64,000 nt of DNA from Spirogloea muscicola (GCA_009602725.1 WELB01000007.1:1254310-1318309), one strand, 5' to 3'; shown: positions 43,801-59,752, counted from the stretch's first letter. Notes: generated by a model not told the origin, from the letters alone. A program made the numbers and translations.

Positions 43801-46314
43801 ACCCTAAGGAATGCTCGCACTCGTTGCAGGTTACTGGTGGATCCTCCTAGCGCAGCCTGCACAGTATGTCAATGCCAAGATTGGACCACTCAGTAGCAGA
43901 GCCAAGGAAATGCCAGCTCATCTGCACCCCCCTTTCCTTTTTGACTGACGGAGATGTCTGATCTAGCATGGTACCCATGCTATTCAGGCATATTCTTTCT
44001 GTTGAGTATAGTTGCATGATTTGGAAATTGCACATGCAGGACCTGCGTAGCATGGCCCTGTATGACAGTGAAGAGATACTGAGCATGCCCTTGCTCGAGA
44101 TGGCGCCTTGCCCCTCCAATAAGAGCTGCCCTGCAAGCAACCACATCGGATGGTGGCTTGTCCGCCAACATCGACTGCAACCAGGAGGACCTGAGTGAAC
44201 GGAGTCAATGTGACAGGAGCAGGTATGTACCAGCTCAAGTCAGGCCCAAAGGACCTGACGAAAGTGATTATGTGTACTCAAGCCTCAGCAAGCGACCAAG
44301 TGACTGCACAACATGGAGGTGGCTTGACCTGCACGAGCTGCCAGATCTTTGACATTGTGATGGCACGGGTCCCTGTAACGTCTTTGGTATACTTGTCATG
44401 CGCTTCCTTGAGCACGGATGCGAGCTGTGCACAAGTAGGGAGCAAAGAGAGATTGGCTTTTGAGTGTTGACACTAGCCACCTGCAATCTTTTGATCCAGG
44501 CAGTCATCTTCCTCTCTGGTCTTGCCTGACCAATTGCTCAAAGCAGCAGCATCAGAAGCTTGGACCTTTCAACTTACATCAAAGGGCGGATTATGCTCCA
44601 TCGCATCATTGTATGCATGTACAATCTCCGCGTATGCAGCCGCCTTTTGTTCTTGTACATTCTCTGGGGACTGGCCTGTCTGCAAGCCGGTCTTGGGGAC
44701 AGGAGGCAGCTGCCGCTGCCTGGACACCTGTCTGGCAGCAGCAGCCTTGTCTGTGGCAGGTGTGGGGAGGCGAGCAAGTGACTGGACAAATTGTCGCCTC
44801 GTCTGCTGGCGGTCTTCCTGTAGCACACAACCAGGAGTTACAATGATAAGCAAGATGTAGACCTCTGCCTGAAGAGTATAGACTGCCCTCTAGTGGGCAA
44901 GGAACAACCGGATCGAAGAACAGCAATGAAAGGGCCAGACCTCCGCAGCTCGCTGCATGAAGGCATCAAAGTTTCTCAAATTGTCCTTTTGAGCTTCTTC
45001 AATTGCAGACAGTATTGCCATCTCGTGGATCTGCACAATATGTGACCGCCATCACCACAGAGGGCTCCAGCCTCAATCAGGGTTTACAGCTTCAGCTGTC
45101 TTAGGCAATTCCTTATCTGGCATGGCATGAGCAACCTGCTTATAAGGGGGGTTTGCATTGCTTGCATAGCCACTGTGTGTTGCGCGGGTTTGTATAGTGT
45201 TGAGCTCTTCAAAGTTGCTCGCCGGGGCTCCGTCTAACAAATCTGACGAAAGGCTGTTGCCAACGCCGAAATACTACTAGATTCCCGAGGATGTTGGTAC
45301 CTGCTGAAGGTACTCAACCACAGACGTTGCTTCCACAGGGAAAACGTCCTCAAAAGTAGTCTGCCCTCAGCATGTATGGGTCGTCAGTGAGCGAGCACGA
45401 GCATGCCTGGAGCCTGATACACTGTGGTTGACATATTCATGCTACCGTGGGATTATCTCGTGTATCAAGCAAATCGCACCTTGAGCTCGAATGAGTGGAG
45501 GTCATGCGTCAGCTGGTCGGCATCAATGCCCTCCCTGGCCAGCAACCTGCAAGACCGCCAGCAATGGCCGGAGAGCAACTGAGATGATCACTCGCACTCT
45601 GCTTTTGTACTTAGTGAGGCAAGTGACCGTGCGTCCATGTTGGCTGGGCTTGCAAGGACTGAGCTTTAAGCCTTGACGAGATTAAGGCTTGCATCACAGA
45701 AATCTAAATCTTGAGCGACGGGACACCTCCTCCTGAGTCAGGAAGTGCCGCACAAAGGACGTGAATGTGAGACGTCGTGGAGTTCGGTATGCATGCTTAG
45801 GGCCGTGAGCATTGATGAGCACCATGAAGAGGCTGCAGACCAACTCATTGCTAGCTTGTAGCGGGGGAAGGTAGGGCAGGAGTCGACACCTGGTGGCAGC
45901 CATGGTCTCCCTGGCAGTGTCGCGGCGCGTTGTCTTTGCCTTGAGCTGGCGGGACAGGTTTTCGAGCTGGTCCAGGCTCCGCTGCCGGATGGGACGTCGG
46001 AGAACCACAGGTCGGCGCTTGTGTGAGTGGGAGCGCTCTTCTGCAGCTGTTCATGCGCTTCGCAACCACTGCTGCTGCTCCTCCATCGCTCGCGACGGAG
46101 CAGGAGCACCCGCCAGGAAGCGAAGCCAGCAGAGGCAGGGGACAGCGGCGGCGGCGGCAGCGGCGGTAGCGTGCCATGCTGCAGTGGCGAGCAGCGGCAC
46201 CTGAACGGGCGGGAAGTAGGTGTCGGCGGCGATGCCGTCCACCAGCTGCCGGCTGCGCTGCAGCAGCTCGTCCCATCCGCGCGCCGACGCGCCGCCGCCG
46301 CCGGCGCCGGCCAT
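40844..46314 (-). CDS. NUP93: Nucleoporin Nup93/Nic96, multi-exon
   Basis: WDELLQRSRQL, RSLDQLENLSRQLKAKT, QIHEMAILSAIEEAQKD, GARRHLEQGH, IYLCLRSGF, LFATIEDFLWFKL, GKDPLLYPYVLILSQQ, RLPFLPL, ANSLQRNWPQDLYERVA..*. Confidence 0.9.
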
Positions 46315-46329
46315 GGCGGCGGCGGCGCC

Positions 46330-46641
46330 NNNNNNNNNNNNNNNNNNNNNNNNNNNNNNNNNNNNNNNNNNNNNNNNNNNNNNNNNNNNNNNNNNNNNNN
46401 NNNNNNNNNNNNNNNNNNNNNNNNNNNNNNNNNNNNNNNNNNNNNNNNNNNNNNNNNNNNNNNNNNNNNNNNNNNNNNNNNNNNNNNNNNNNNNNNNNNN
46501 NNNNNNNNNNNNNNNNNNNNNNNNNNNNNNNNNNNNNNNNNNNNNNNNNNNNNNNNNNNNNNNNNNNNNNNNNNNNNNNNNNNNNNNNNNNNNNNNNNNN
46601 NNNNNNNNNNNNNNNNNNNNNNNNNNNNNNNNNNNNNNNNN
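46330..46641. other. Assembly gap covering the NUP93/NKAP divergent promoter and the NKAP start
   Basis: Run of N flanked by very GC-rich sequence and a T homopolymer. Confidence 0.98.
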
Positions 46642-46660
46642 TTTTTTTTTTTTTTTTTTT

Positions 46661-48597
<1,937 letters not shown>

Positions 48598-48953
48598 AGC
48601 ACCTCAGCGTGTCTGTATCCCCAACATACTTGCTATACTTGGCCGTCCAAGGACTGCTTTTAGACCCCTTGTTTCTGCAGTTGTGTGCTGGAAGTTAGGT
48701 ACACTTTTTATGTGTTTGGAGCTTCTTGTGCATGACAGACACTACATCGGTACCAATAGCACAAGGACAATGATTGGCACTGCCTGGTTGAGCTGAGTCG
48801 CTACTTGGCAGTACACACATCCTCACAAAGCAAGCCATGCAACAAGTCTGATGTGGCTTTCACTCTAATCGATAATATTGCAAAGTAATGTGTCATTGCC
48901 ACCTCATCAGATTGACCAATATTTATACATGACCACTGTTGCCCCGCCCATCA

Positions 48954-51900
48954 TCAGCTTTCGTCATCTCCAAATATATCTGTGAAACTTCCAAAAAACC
49001 CGTCACCACCACCCGTACTTTCACTATCTTTATCGCTGGTAGAGTCACCCCAGTCGAGTCCCTTGTCCCAGGTGTCCCCACCCAAATCGTCCAGTCGCTC
49101 ACCATCAAAAGGCTGCGGGTCAATGTCTGGTGACTGCTCGCTGGCCACCTGTCCGGCTGAGCCGCCTCCTGCATCTTCTGCACCTCCGCTGCGATCTGCC
49201 GTGTAAGTATGACCAAAAGCTCCGCCAATGGCCCCTCCAGCTGCAGGTCCTGCCATGCCTCCCGCTTCGGATGCCGAGGGAGGAGGCGTAGAGGCTGGAG
49301 CTGATGAGGCTTCGCTGGCTTGCTCTTCATGGCTGCTTGCTGCTTCAGAAGCCCCCCCAAAGAAGGGAATTGGCATCCCTATGCCCCCTCTGAGAGATGC
49401 ACACAGAAAAGGCTTAAGTCATATACTAAACCAACGGAGTGCATTCAGGCCTGCAGACTTGCATCTGTGACTGGATCACACGTTTATGGAACAGTCACAA
49501 GGCTGGTCAGCAGCTGGATGAAAGGCTAGTGCGAGGATTGCCCTCGACTGCCATGGGCCTGCGTAGCAGAACTTACCCGCTGTGACGGGAGAAGTAGTCG
49601 TTATCAAGTGATACAGCGAGGGCCATCGTGATGGCCCGTTCTGTCAGGGTGAGAGGTCTTATCACTTCAAGCTGGGGAACCTGTGGACAGATAATGGAGT
49701 ACCAATCACATTTCCAAGTAAGGCATGAAACGGTTGCAGCAACTTGTCACAAGCAGCAACACAGTGCTGCAATATGCTGGAGGCAAATAGCAAGCAAACA
49801 CATATTCAAGATCCAAGACTGTACAAAGACAGACTACAAGCGAATGATATATACATCCGACCCCTGCCCACATGTCTTTGTGCTTTTCGCAAGGTCACGC
49901 CTTAAATAATTCTTACTAATGTTCGTCTAAGGTGCAACTTGACTCTTGCCTGATATGCTTGCTGTTGAACAGGATCTAGTTGATCCCAATGTTTGCCTTG
50001 GGCTTGTGGACTGTGGCCCCCCGGGACAATGTCGCCAAAGCGCACCACATACTGTCCCGCATCTGTCAGGAACTGGCATTGTGCAGCATGACAATGTCAG
50101 ACATGCTACCGTTGTCTCAAATTCAAGGAGAGGCTATTACTTGGCACGTAGTGTAGAGAAGTAGATCTTACAGGTTGTCACACCCAGTATCTACATGTCT
50201 AGGTCCAAAGACTTACACAATCATGGGAAATGCATATATTGCTCGTTCCATATACAGCTCAAAGTAGTAGTGACTGCTTTGACTGCACTGATCAATCTGA
50301 GTTAGTAATTTTATGCTGATAAACTTATGCTGAAGCTACTGACCTCATAACCAATGCCTCGGAAATTGCGATCTATTTCTGCCAATTTCCGCTTCTCATT
50401 GTCTTCAAGGGTAAAAGTCCACCACCAGAATCCTGCATTCTCTAATGTAGCAAACTGTTTGTTCCTGCAATGCAGTATGGCGACAGTCTGAGTCAGGAAA
50501 GGGTAATCTGACTCCAGAAAGATCAGTTGCTTCTGAAGTCCAGGATGACATCATCATGGCAAGGTTGAACAGCTGGGATTCTGACTCATGTAGAGATTGT
50601 CATCTCTCATGGGAAGCAGCTTGCACCAAGGTACTATCCATCTTGGCGGGAGTTGCTTGCTCTGCTCACACACCCCAGGTACACATCGTAGATGCGCTTC
50701 CAGAGATGCCATCGTCTATGAACTTCTCCTACAACCTGCCAACGATGCCTGCCGTTGGTAGTGACCAGAGCAGGATAGCACAGCGGCGCAACAACAACAC
50801 GGGATCCTTTGCACAGCAGACAAAGATTGTGATGATGGTGCATGAGCAAATTAAGTGTGTGGAGCTTCAAGCTACTTGTTCAGCACACATGGATGTCTAA
50901 TATACCTCTCCATCGATCTCTATGTACATACGGCTATTGATCAACCAGAAAGGTCTCCTGATCTGCAAGCAGGGTTGTCAAACCATGCTGTGTTTCAACC
51001 ACATCTGAGCTTCTCAAGCTGCTAGTCTTGGCACGGCAACAGACGTGCACATTGCTGAATATGAGCCGACATGGCAACAATGGCAGTGCTATGCAAAGAT
51101 CACCTTACAGGTACACCCTCGTGCTTCAGGTATGGACTTACTGTTACGAGGGTGTTGCCAATTGCATCAGTCACAAGCGCAGTCAAAGGTCTACGAATGC
51201 CTACAAACTGGAAGCAGATCAATACTGTCAGCACTGCCTCTAGTACACGTGAATCAACAATGTGACCAGGATGGTTGAGGGCAATAAGTGTTAAACCCGT
51301 CCCACAAAGAACCAGTTGGCAATTGCCCTCGACAAACCCTGTAAAGAGCTGCAGATCACCAGCTAAACTTACCTGCTTCTTCATTGTTACCTCTTCAAAC
51401 CCACAGAATGCAGAGCAAAACACGCATACATACACCTGCTGAAGCAGAGCATATGAAAGATATACACACCTGTCGGAGCAGAAAGCTTCCGGGCTGTTCC
51501 ATAATGTGGCCCACAGGCTGCACATTGGAAATATTCATAACTTGATCAGCTACGTGCATGACCTGATCAAAGCAATATGACAGTGCTATGTTTATCTTCC
51601 ACAGGCTCTCAAAGCTGCCCTGACTGTAGTGTGTGCACTTGGAGCTGCTACTCCCTGGTCCCTCAGACAAATAGCTGCTTCTTGTGCATGAGCTATACCT
51701 CAGAGCCTTGCCTTGGATCAACGATATTGTACACATTCCTCTGGAGTACAAAAGAGGGATGAATTGAGTAAGTATGTCTGCCTTAACAGGAGTCAGATAT
51801 GTTGCGAGGGCTTGAGCTTTGCATGTAGGGCACGGAAGCGATGTGAGAAACTCAACAAACATGCCCAATGTCTCCAGCAGTGCTCGAAGGCTTCAGAAGA

Positions 51901-53212
51901 AGGCACAGAGAAGGACAAAGACAACCTGCTCATAACCAATCAAGACAGTTCCCCATTCAATCTGCCGAGTGATGATGAGATCAGGTCTGGCGAGTACTGG
52001 AGCCAAGCGTGCCTGCCAAAAAGAACAAGGAAGTGATTAAACTACAAACTTGTGATAGTACAGATAGCTGGCCTCGAATGTGCCAAGTGCAGAGGACAGC
52101 TCTTGCCTCCACCCTTGCAATCGCTAGTCAATAGACGTGATGTTGCTGCTAGGGCATTGCATGCACATCTTTGCAACAAGAATCCAGCGCAGATAGGGTA
52201 GTTCAGATATTCAGAAGCAGCAGAGATTAAGGCAAGGAGGTTTCCAGACTGATTGTTTCAGTCCTAGTCTCCTGCCATCCACACCATCATTGGTCAACTT
52301 GATGATGTGAAAGCTAACCTCCTGGGGCGAAGCTGGCTGCAGCTCTCCTACTAGTGGCTGTGATGGTGCAGGCTGAGTAACAGAAGGATTATCCTGCTGG
52401 CCTCTCAGAGCCTCTTTTAAAGGACTACCTGTTAAGGTTTCAGCAGATCCTTGACTATACAATTCCCAATTTTCGGCAGCTCTTGCCTCCTGCCTTGATT
52501 TTTTTCGCCTGGCAGCTGCTGCAGCTGCACGCTGCACTAGTCGTGCATCATCGTGGGCCAGTCGTACCCCACGCTCACAGCAAGTCGAAGGATAGAGATC
52601 CCTGAAACGAGTGCTGGAATGCCATGGTATCTCAGAGCTGGTAGATAAATGTCTGCTTGGCAAGCATGCAGTAACGCCTTCTAAGGCGCCTGCTGAAGTG
52701 GAGACCCCTCTAGGAGCAGATTGATGTCCGCCTCGACTAGCCGACACAACCTGGCCTTCCAAGCGTAAAGCATCATGCCAGAAAGTGGTGCACTGGTTTC
52801 CCTGGAGTGCGTTCTGCAGCAAAGAAAGAGAGTTTCTCTGGTCAATTAAGAAGTAAGTGGTGCCATGCGTCTTACCACAGGACAGCAGAACCTGAGTGCA
52901 CTTGAACAGCAATATCTGCAGAATTCCAGGGTGTCCAGGTGCAGCAAGAGCAATAGGGTGCTTCCACTTATACAGCTGTGCTAAGGGGAAGTTACAACTT
53001 TTTCTCCATCCCTCTGGTGGCCATCTTCGTTATTGCTAGTAAGTAATTTCCATTACTTGCATGCTTGAAGAGCTTGTTGACAAGACCAGTGCGACGGCAA
53101 GCCCGTTCCCAAGCTTGACTGCTCAGAGTGCAGAGCTGATTGTTACCTTCACATGTAGCACGACCTGCGTTCTCAACCTCTGGCCGCCCCTCCAGACGGC
53201 TCCATGGGCCAT
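48954..53212 (-). CDS. Phospholipid scramblase family / AIM25-like protein, multi-exon; start approximate
   Basis: Exons: LIITRQIEWGTVLIGYEQ, VVGEVHRRWHLWKRIYDVYLG, NKQFATLENAGFWWWTFTLED..LAEIDRNFRGIGYE, LEVIRPLTLTERAITMALAVSLDNDYFSRHSG, acidic Gly-rich tail. Confidence 0.82.
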
Positions 53213-53529
53213 CTTAAGGCCCGTCGACGCCGCCGAGGCGACCTCGCTGCGCAGTAAAGCTCACGGCGCTCCAGCTGCGAAGCTGCAGCATTTCGTAGCT
53301 TTATTGACCAAGAGCGGGCTGTCTGGATGACATGCTCGTGACCACCTAGGGCAACGTCCTCCGGCAGCAGCTGAAGCGACAAGCGTCCGACGCCGGCTCC
53401 GCCGGAGCAGCCACAGCGGCCGCCTCTTGCCGTCGCCGCCGCCGCCGCCGCGGTCGAGAGGAGGGCCGCCGAGCTGCCTGCGCATCTGGGTGCAGCAGGA
53501 GAGCCGTAGGCACTTCGCGTGTATGGAAA

Positions 53530-54720
53530 CAATGGAAGGCCAAAGTGGCCGAGTGCAATGGCAAGCACATCTGATGACGTACATTATCCGCTGCAATCTG
53601 ACCCGCTCAGTGACCACGGGTCAGCACGTAGAGGTCGCCAAATTGATGCCTGAATACCGGATGGCAATTTACAAGCCCTTCTGCCACCAACTAGAGCTTG
53701 CCCAGCTTTCTGGTGCAAAGAGAAGTGGCACTCCCAATGAAAGCAGGGGGCAAGGGCTGCGAAAAGCCAGCCCAAAAAGAATTGACAAAGAGGAAAGGGC
53801 TCGCCCATTGAGGATAGGGGCTGGACAAGCCAGCCCAAAAAAGAATGAACAAAGAACGAGAAGGGGGCCAGAGGAAGCCAGAGGAAGCGCTAAGAAACCA
53901 AAGCACACAAAGAAAGAAAGCAGCACAAAGGTTTGGAGGGGCCTACAAGCGATGGTGCAAAGCATGAGTCTGAGCACGCTGCCAAGAGGCCGACACACGA
54001 TAGCGCAAGAACGACAGAGATGCAGCAGGCAAACCCATCTCGGCCGGAAGCACATCTGCGCAACCGTAGGCGACAGTGTCAACTGCCTAGCTTACTATCC
54101 GGGCTGGCCTCACACTCCTCGCCAACTTTGGAGGAGATTACTTCTCAACTGCCGAGCGGAAGGCACGAGGGGGAAGGCGCGCGGTGCGCATGAAATTGAA
54201 AGGGAGGCCAATTCTAGCCTTACAAATGTCTTATTAACTGGGTAATGAGCTGGCTAAGGGGGACACTAATATCCCCGAGTGAGCACATGCATATCTGACA
54301 AGCTATACTGAGGAGCCAAACCACCCCCACGGAAGCCATTAGCCTGGGCTAATGCACGACCAGCACGCTGGTGGATTGCGAGTGCTTGAGAGCGCTGCAG
54401 ACTCAACGATAACCGCATTCTAAAGCATGCAAAACGAACGGACGAACGAAATGAACGAACGAACGGGCTGCTAACATTTGAGGGGCGGCTGTGAAAGCCA
54501 GCAAGTGAGAGGAGTAAGCTCTTTCTAAGGGGGCGAGGGCTGTGAAAAGCCAGCGCAGACAGAATGGACAAGGTTCAAAGGGCCGAAAGGCGCTAAAAGC
54601 GCACAGCTGTGCAAGTGCCTACAGCGAATGGGAGCTCGTGACCCCGAGTCAACAGCCAAGTGCATACAGAAAGAAAATTGGACTGAACCAAGCCCGTGCA
54701 GCACCCTGCAAAGGGCCACG
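53530..54720 (-). mobile_element. Nested cluster of CRE-like 3' ends (F2 containing F1 containing F1b; F3 adjacent)
   Basis: F2 ORF end HQKAGQALVGGRRACKLPSGIQAS; F3 ORF end RMRLSLSLQRSQALAIHQRAGRALA..SLSDMHVLTRGY* (54266). TSDs tggtgcaaag (53711-53720/53953-53962) and acaaag (53785-53790/53925-53930). Confidence 0.85.
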
Positions 54721-54926
54721 TATCAAGAAGGCCTTCAAGAACGCCTACGGTGCAGAGTCCCTAACACTCAGCACAGCCTGACAATGGTCACCTGCACGTT
54801 CTCTTGCTGTGCAGGAAACAGTGATCTCATATGTACCGTGCACCCATGACGTAGTGTCTGGCTAATAGTGACTCGTCCACAAGGCCAAGGCTGTGAGCCA
54901 CTTGCCCTGCTGAAGGGAGTGACTCA

Positions 54927-57348
54927 CTACTCTACTCTAATCCTACAGAAAGCACCAGCCGACTGGGCTGCCGACTGGGCTGGAAGCTCAAGTTTTACCA
55001 CTGATTTGCTACTCTGCTGCACTGAAGTCTCTACGTGACGAGATGAATTACCATTGTAAACCTGCCACCACAAGCCAACCAGCTGCCTGACCTCTGGTAG
55101 ATCCATGTGTTGCTCATCTGGGTGGAATTTCCATGGCTTGGACCCCTGCAGCACCAGCAGCGAAGCCAGTCTGAAATACTTTTCTTTGGCTATGCGGCAG
55201 CCGGGCCTACATATGGTTGGAAGATGGGCCGATACTAGCACCTGGGTACACGTAAATATTCAATAGCTGCTCACGCGCGCCAAGACATCGACATGAGAGG
55301 TAAGCTCAAATACTATCAGTTACACATAAAGCAGATGCTCTTATGCAGATCCTATCATTCTGTAACTGCAGCTATTACCTTAGCACAGAAGTGGACTATT
55401 TTCACCTTGGAGAGGTCCACCTTCTGTGGGTGGCGCCACAGAAAGGCAAGGACCAAGTTGTACTGCAATGGCAAAGGATGCAAATATATTCCTCGAAAGT
55501 ACTCATTCAGAAAGTCCTGCAAATACAGCGGTTGTGTTGGTCGCACTTGCTCTCTTCAGTAACACAAGGTGCACGCGAGCAGCGTATACAGTGGCGAAAA
55601 TGGGAAAAGCAAACCTGCTCGGCAAAGGGCGTGGGGGGCCTGCTCTTCACAATATTCATCATGTCATCATATTGTCCGGAGCTAGGGCTGAGAACAAGCA
55701 CCCCTGCGTTGAAATAAGGTGTGGGTCTGGCCTCCTCATTAAGCAAGAAGTGCTGTCCAGGTTCCTGCAACACGCATGGGCAGCAATAACGCATGTGTCA
55801 ACTTTGCATCGAGTCGGCTTGATGCATTCTCCAGTCAGTGATATGTGGAGCTACTTGAAGAATGTGCAAATATGTGATGTCCGACTGACGTCAAGAAGAC
55901 ACTGTATCGAGCCTGACTTGGCACTCTGGTTATGCTTGTCGATGGGGCCAGCAACTCACTTGCTGACAGTACTTCAGCTGATACTGGATGGAGCCACTCC
56001 AAGATGGCTCGCAGAAGCAGTCCAGCACTGCCGAGATGCCGAAGCTTGGTTGATCAAAGAGCTCATCGATGCTTTGCACAACCAGCACATCAGCATCCAA
56101 GTACACTAGCTTCTCAAAGTCATCAAACTGATTTGGAGGACAACAATTGAGCTTAGTCAAGGTGACGAAAGCGGCACTCATACCTGCCACAGTTAATAGG
56201 AGTATGTAACATGTGCCCTTACTTTCTACCTCTTCTGCAAATGACATGAACCCGCAAGCCCAACTAGCACGGTATGGCATAATGTACAGCAATGCTGAGA
56301 AGGTGTAAGAGTAGGCACAAAACCCGTCATGAACAGGATGCTTTGGGAAGGAAAATTAGCTCAGAGAAGTCACATCTACATCGTACTTACTTGCCAGACG
56401 CGCAGCTTAGTGAAGTTCTTCTGGTAATACGGCACAACAAATGAACATGGTTCCACTCCCTCTGGAGGCGAGACAGGCTCAATATCTCGTAAAAGGCAAC
56501 CGTGCTCCTGTCACCAGTACTGAGCGTTGTCAGCCTGTGTTGCAAGAGGTGGCTGCATGCACATACGACCAAGGCTTTACCTTTCAGTAAAGCAGGGAGT
56601 ACCGTTACAATCTAAACAACCCCACCACCTATTCAATGCTTTGAGCTAGCCTCTGTATCCCATATTTCCCCTGCCCAGCCTCTCATAATGTGAGTGTGAT
56701 AAGCTAGGCTAGAGTCAGATTTGCACAGGTAGCCTGATGGGGATGTCAAGAGCATGGGAGGTCGCAACCATGGGACGAACATGCAGATGGAAGCCAGCTT
56801 TGTCATGAGTGATACAGCAACGTGAACAGCAGCAGTCTTGCTAACAATCGGCCCTGCAAGCATGAGTGAGTAGCAAGAACTCGGCTTGATTGCTCTCTAC
56901 TCTTAAGACGTTAGGCGGCAAGGAAGAGAGCCTAGCCACAAAGCCTAGACCGCTGGTCAGACGAGGCTGTCTGAGCAAGCGGAACCTGGAAGCAAGTCGA
57001 GCAATCGCATCTTGCTGAGAGCTACATGCTTCCGGTCGTGCAACATGCAGAGGGGTGCTGAGGGAGCCAGCACATTACCTTCAGTGACTGCCTGTGGGCA
57101 GACGGCACGTCTGGCGTGACGGCGACAAGGAGCGGGTGCTTGCTCCCCACCGCCTCGAGGCTCTTGGCCAGCGCCACGACGCCCATGAAGTAGTCGCCGG
57201 CTCCCATGAGGAGCGTCACAAACGCCACGGGCCGGTGCCCCGGGTGCACGTAAGGGGCGTGCCGGCAGCCGCTCGGCCTGGACCGGCCGGCCGCAGCATC
57301 GCCCGCCAGGCCGGCGCCGAAGTCGGAGGCGACCTCGTTGCGCACCAT
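54927..57348 (-). CDS. GolS: Galactinol synthase-like glycosyltransferase (GT8), multi-exon
   Basis: AFVTLLMGAGDYFMGVVALAKSL, NFTKLRVW, LVYLDADV, AVLDCFCEPSW..QY..YCQQ, YFNAG, PTPFAEQDFLN, YNLVLAFLWRHP, VHFCAKGSKPW, LWWQVY. Confidence 0.85.
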
Positions 57349-59752
57349 GGCGAGCTCGCCGTGGCCGCGCGGCGGGCGGGGGAGGCGGAAGGCGGGCGCG
57401 CCAGCCGCAGCACCCCGCGGAGCTCCGCCGCGGCGCGGAGCTCTCCGTGTGTCCCCACCGACGCCGGGGTGCCGATTTCAGACCTTGTCCGGACCTTGTT
57501 CAGTCCTTCTCCCAGCCATCACTACCTTACATGGGAAGAGCTCTCTCTTTCTTCTTCCTTTCCCGCTGAGCTGCAGGCTTCGGCCTCTCCGGACGGCTGT
57601 GGGGGACACTAGGCCCACCTCTCCCCGCGAGGCCCCGGGAGCTGCCGGCGGAGTGGCCGTCATGGGGAGCGGCCGGCGGCGCGCGCGGAGCACAGCCGAG
57701 ACGGAGCGGCCCGCATCTTCCGTCCCCGTTGCTTGGCTTCGCAACAGCTTCCGCCTGAACAACGTGGTGGCTTGATCTGGCCTCCCTTTCAATTCATGCG
57801 CGCGCGCCTTCGCTTGCTTCGCTGATTGAAGCCTCGAGATGTGCACTTGCTTTTGCCCGAACAATGTAACGGCACAAATTGGCCACCCTTGCTTTCCCTG
57901 CGCACCGCGCGCCTTCATCTCCGCCAGCCGCCGTCGCGAGGAAGGCGGCCGCCCGCTGCCATGCATGGGGGCGGGCGGGCTGAGCGGGCCAGGCGCATGC
58001 GGGCCGCCCCGCGGCCCCACGTGCTCTCTGCACCCCCACTGGCTGCGCCTTGTGACTTCCGTGCAATTGAGGTGGCGGTAGCCGAGGCTCTCATTGGACG
58101 ATAGAAACTGGGGGTAACCCACGAGGCGGAGCCGTGGTGGGCCCCGCCGCCCAGCCCGGCGGCGCCAGGGCCGGCGCGGGCCCGCCGGCCCCAGCGGGGA
58201 ACCTCCCGCCTAATAACGGCCCGCTGACCGGGACGGAGACGAACGAAGGTTCGTCCTGCGAGAAGGCCGTGCTATGGCCGCCGCCTCTGCCAGCTTGTCT
58301 GCAGCGAGCTCAGGCTCATGCGTTGCATCAGAAAGCTGGTCGAGCCTTAACTGGTAGTTCGAGAGCTTGTCGATTGCCGTCCGGTATTCGAGCATCAGTT
58401 AGCGACCTCTATGTGCCGACTCGTGGTTACTGAGCGGGTCAGCTTAGCAGCAGGTGACGTACATTGGTCAATGTGCTTGCCTTTGTACTTGGCCACACAT
58501 GGCCTCACCATCTCTTCATACACACGCATTCTTCTGGGTCTCGGCGGAGTGCCTCGTTCCCTGCAGCCAGCTACTCCGACCCGATGTTGCTCACTCGCGG
58601 GCACTGAGCTTCCTTTGCATCGTTGTGTGGTTTTTGCCGTGGTTTGTAGTGTAGTCCCATTTCGGCACCTCTTTCTTTGGCTTTGGACATTGTCCATTCT
58701 TTTTGAGCTGGCTTTGCCAGCCCCTCTTCTCACTGAGCACTTTCCTTCGTCCTGGAGCCCTCAAGTCTGCTATTCCATTCTTTCTGGGCTTGGGCTTCTA
58801 TGTGGGCTGGCCAGGGTGGGTCTCTCTTCCGCTTACAGAAGTGGCACTCCCAATGGATAACAGCCATCGCCCTCTACTGGACGAGAGTCTTCCCCTTCCT
58901 TCCCTTTCTCTGGGCTGGCCGATCTCAGCCACCGCCCTTTCCTGGAAGCCCTCTTTCTTCTTTTCACAGCTGTCGTTCAGCGCCTTCCGGTCTCTTTCGG
59001 TCCTTGCCAATCTTTTCCTTGCTTTGGGCCCCTCCGTCATTTGGCCCGTTCGAACCTTTGTTCGAACCTTGTTCTTTTCGGGCTGGCTTTTCACAGCCCT
59101 TTGCCCCCATTGGGAGAGCCACTTCTTCTCAATCTTTTCGGGCTGACCTTTCACAGGCCTTGCCCCGTTGTTGGATTTGTTTGTGCTCACCCGTGGGTAC
59201 TACTGTCACCCTGTTACCTTAGGTACCTTAATATAGGGCTCCGTTTCATGTAGGCTTGTTTGCTTTGCACTAGACTCCGCCTGCACAATGTGTTGGCTTG
59301 AATTGGCCTCCCTTTCATCTCATGCGCTCCGCGCGCCTTCTCTCTTTGGGAGAGCCACTTCTTCTTTCACAGCCCTAGCCCCTTTGGAAGAGCCCCAATT
59401 TCACACAGTGGTTGCCCCGTCTGGAAGAACGATCCGAATATTTTGAAACAAACAAAGGCCAAATGGCCAAGTACAAAAGCAAGCAAATCTAGAGACGTTC
59501 ATCCCCTACATCAGATTGACCCGCTCAGTAACCACGGGTCAATACATAAAGGTCACTCGATGCCTGAATACTAGATGGCAGTTACGAAGCCCTTCTGCCA
59601 CCAACTAGAGCTTGCCCAGCTTTCTGGTGCAAACATTAGCCTGAGCACGCTGAAAACAGGCCGAAATACGTCGTCGCAAAAACGACAGATATGCCGCTGG
59701 CAGGCCCATCTCAGCCGGAAACACATCTGCACGTCGTGCATAGCCTAGAATG

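Noticed and set aside
46642..46660. Poly-T run before NKAP as a retroposition tail
   Set aside because: It abuts the assembly gap and is likely a low-quality contig end.
53427..54245. 272-aa plus-strand ORF
   Set aside because: It is the antisense read-through of three nested element fragments, not a coherent gene.
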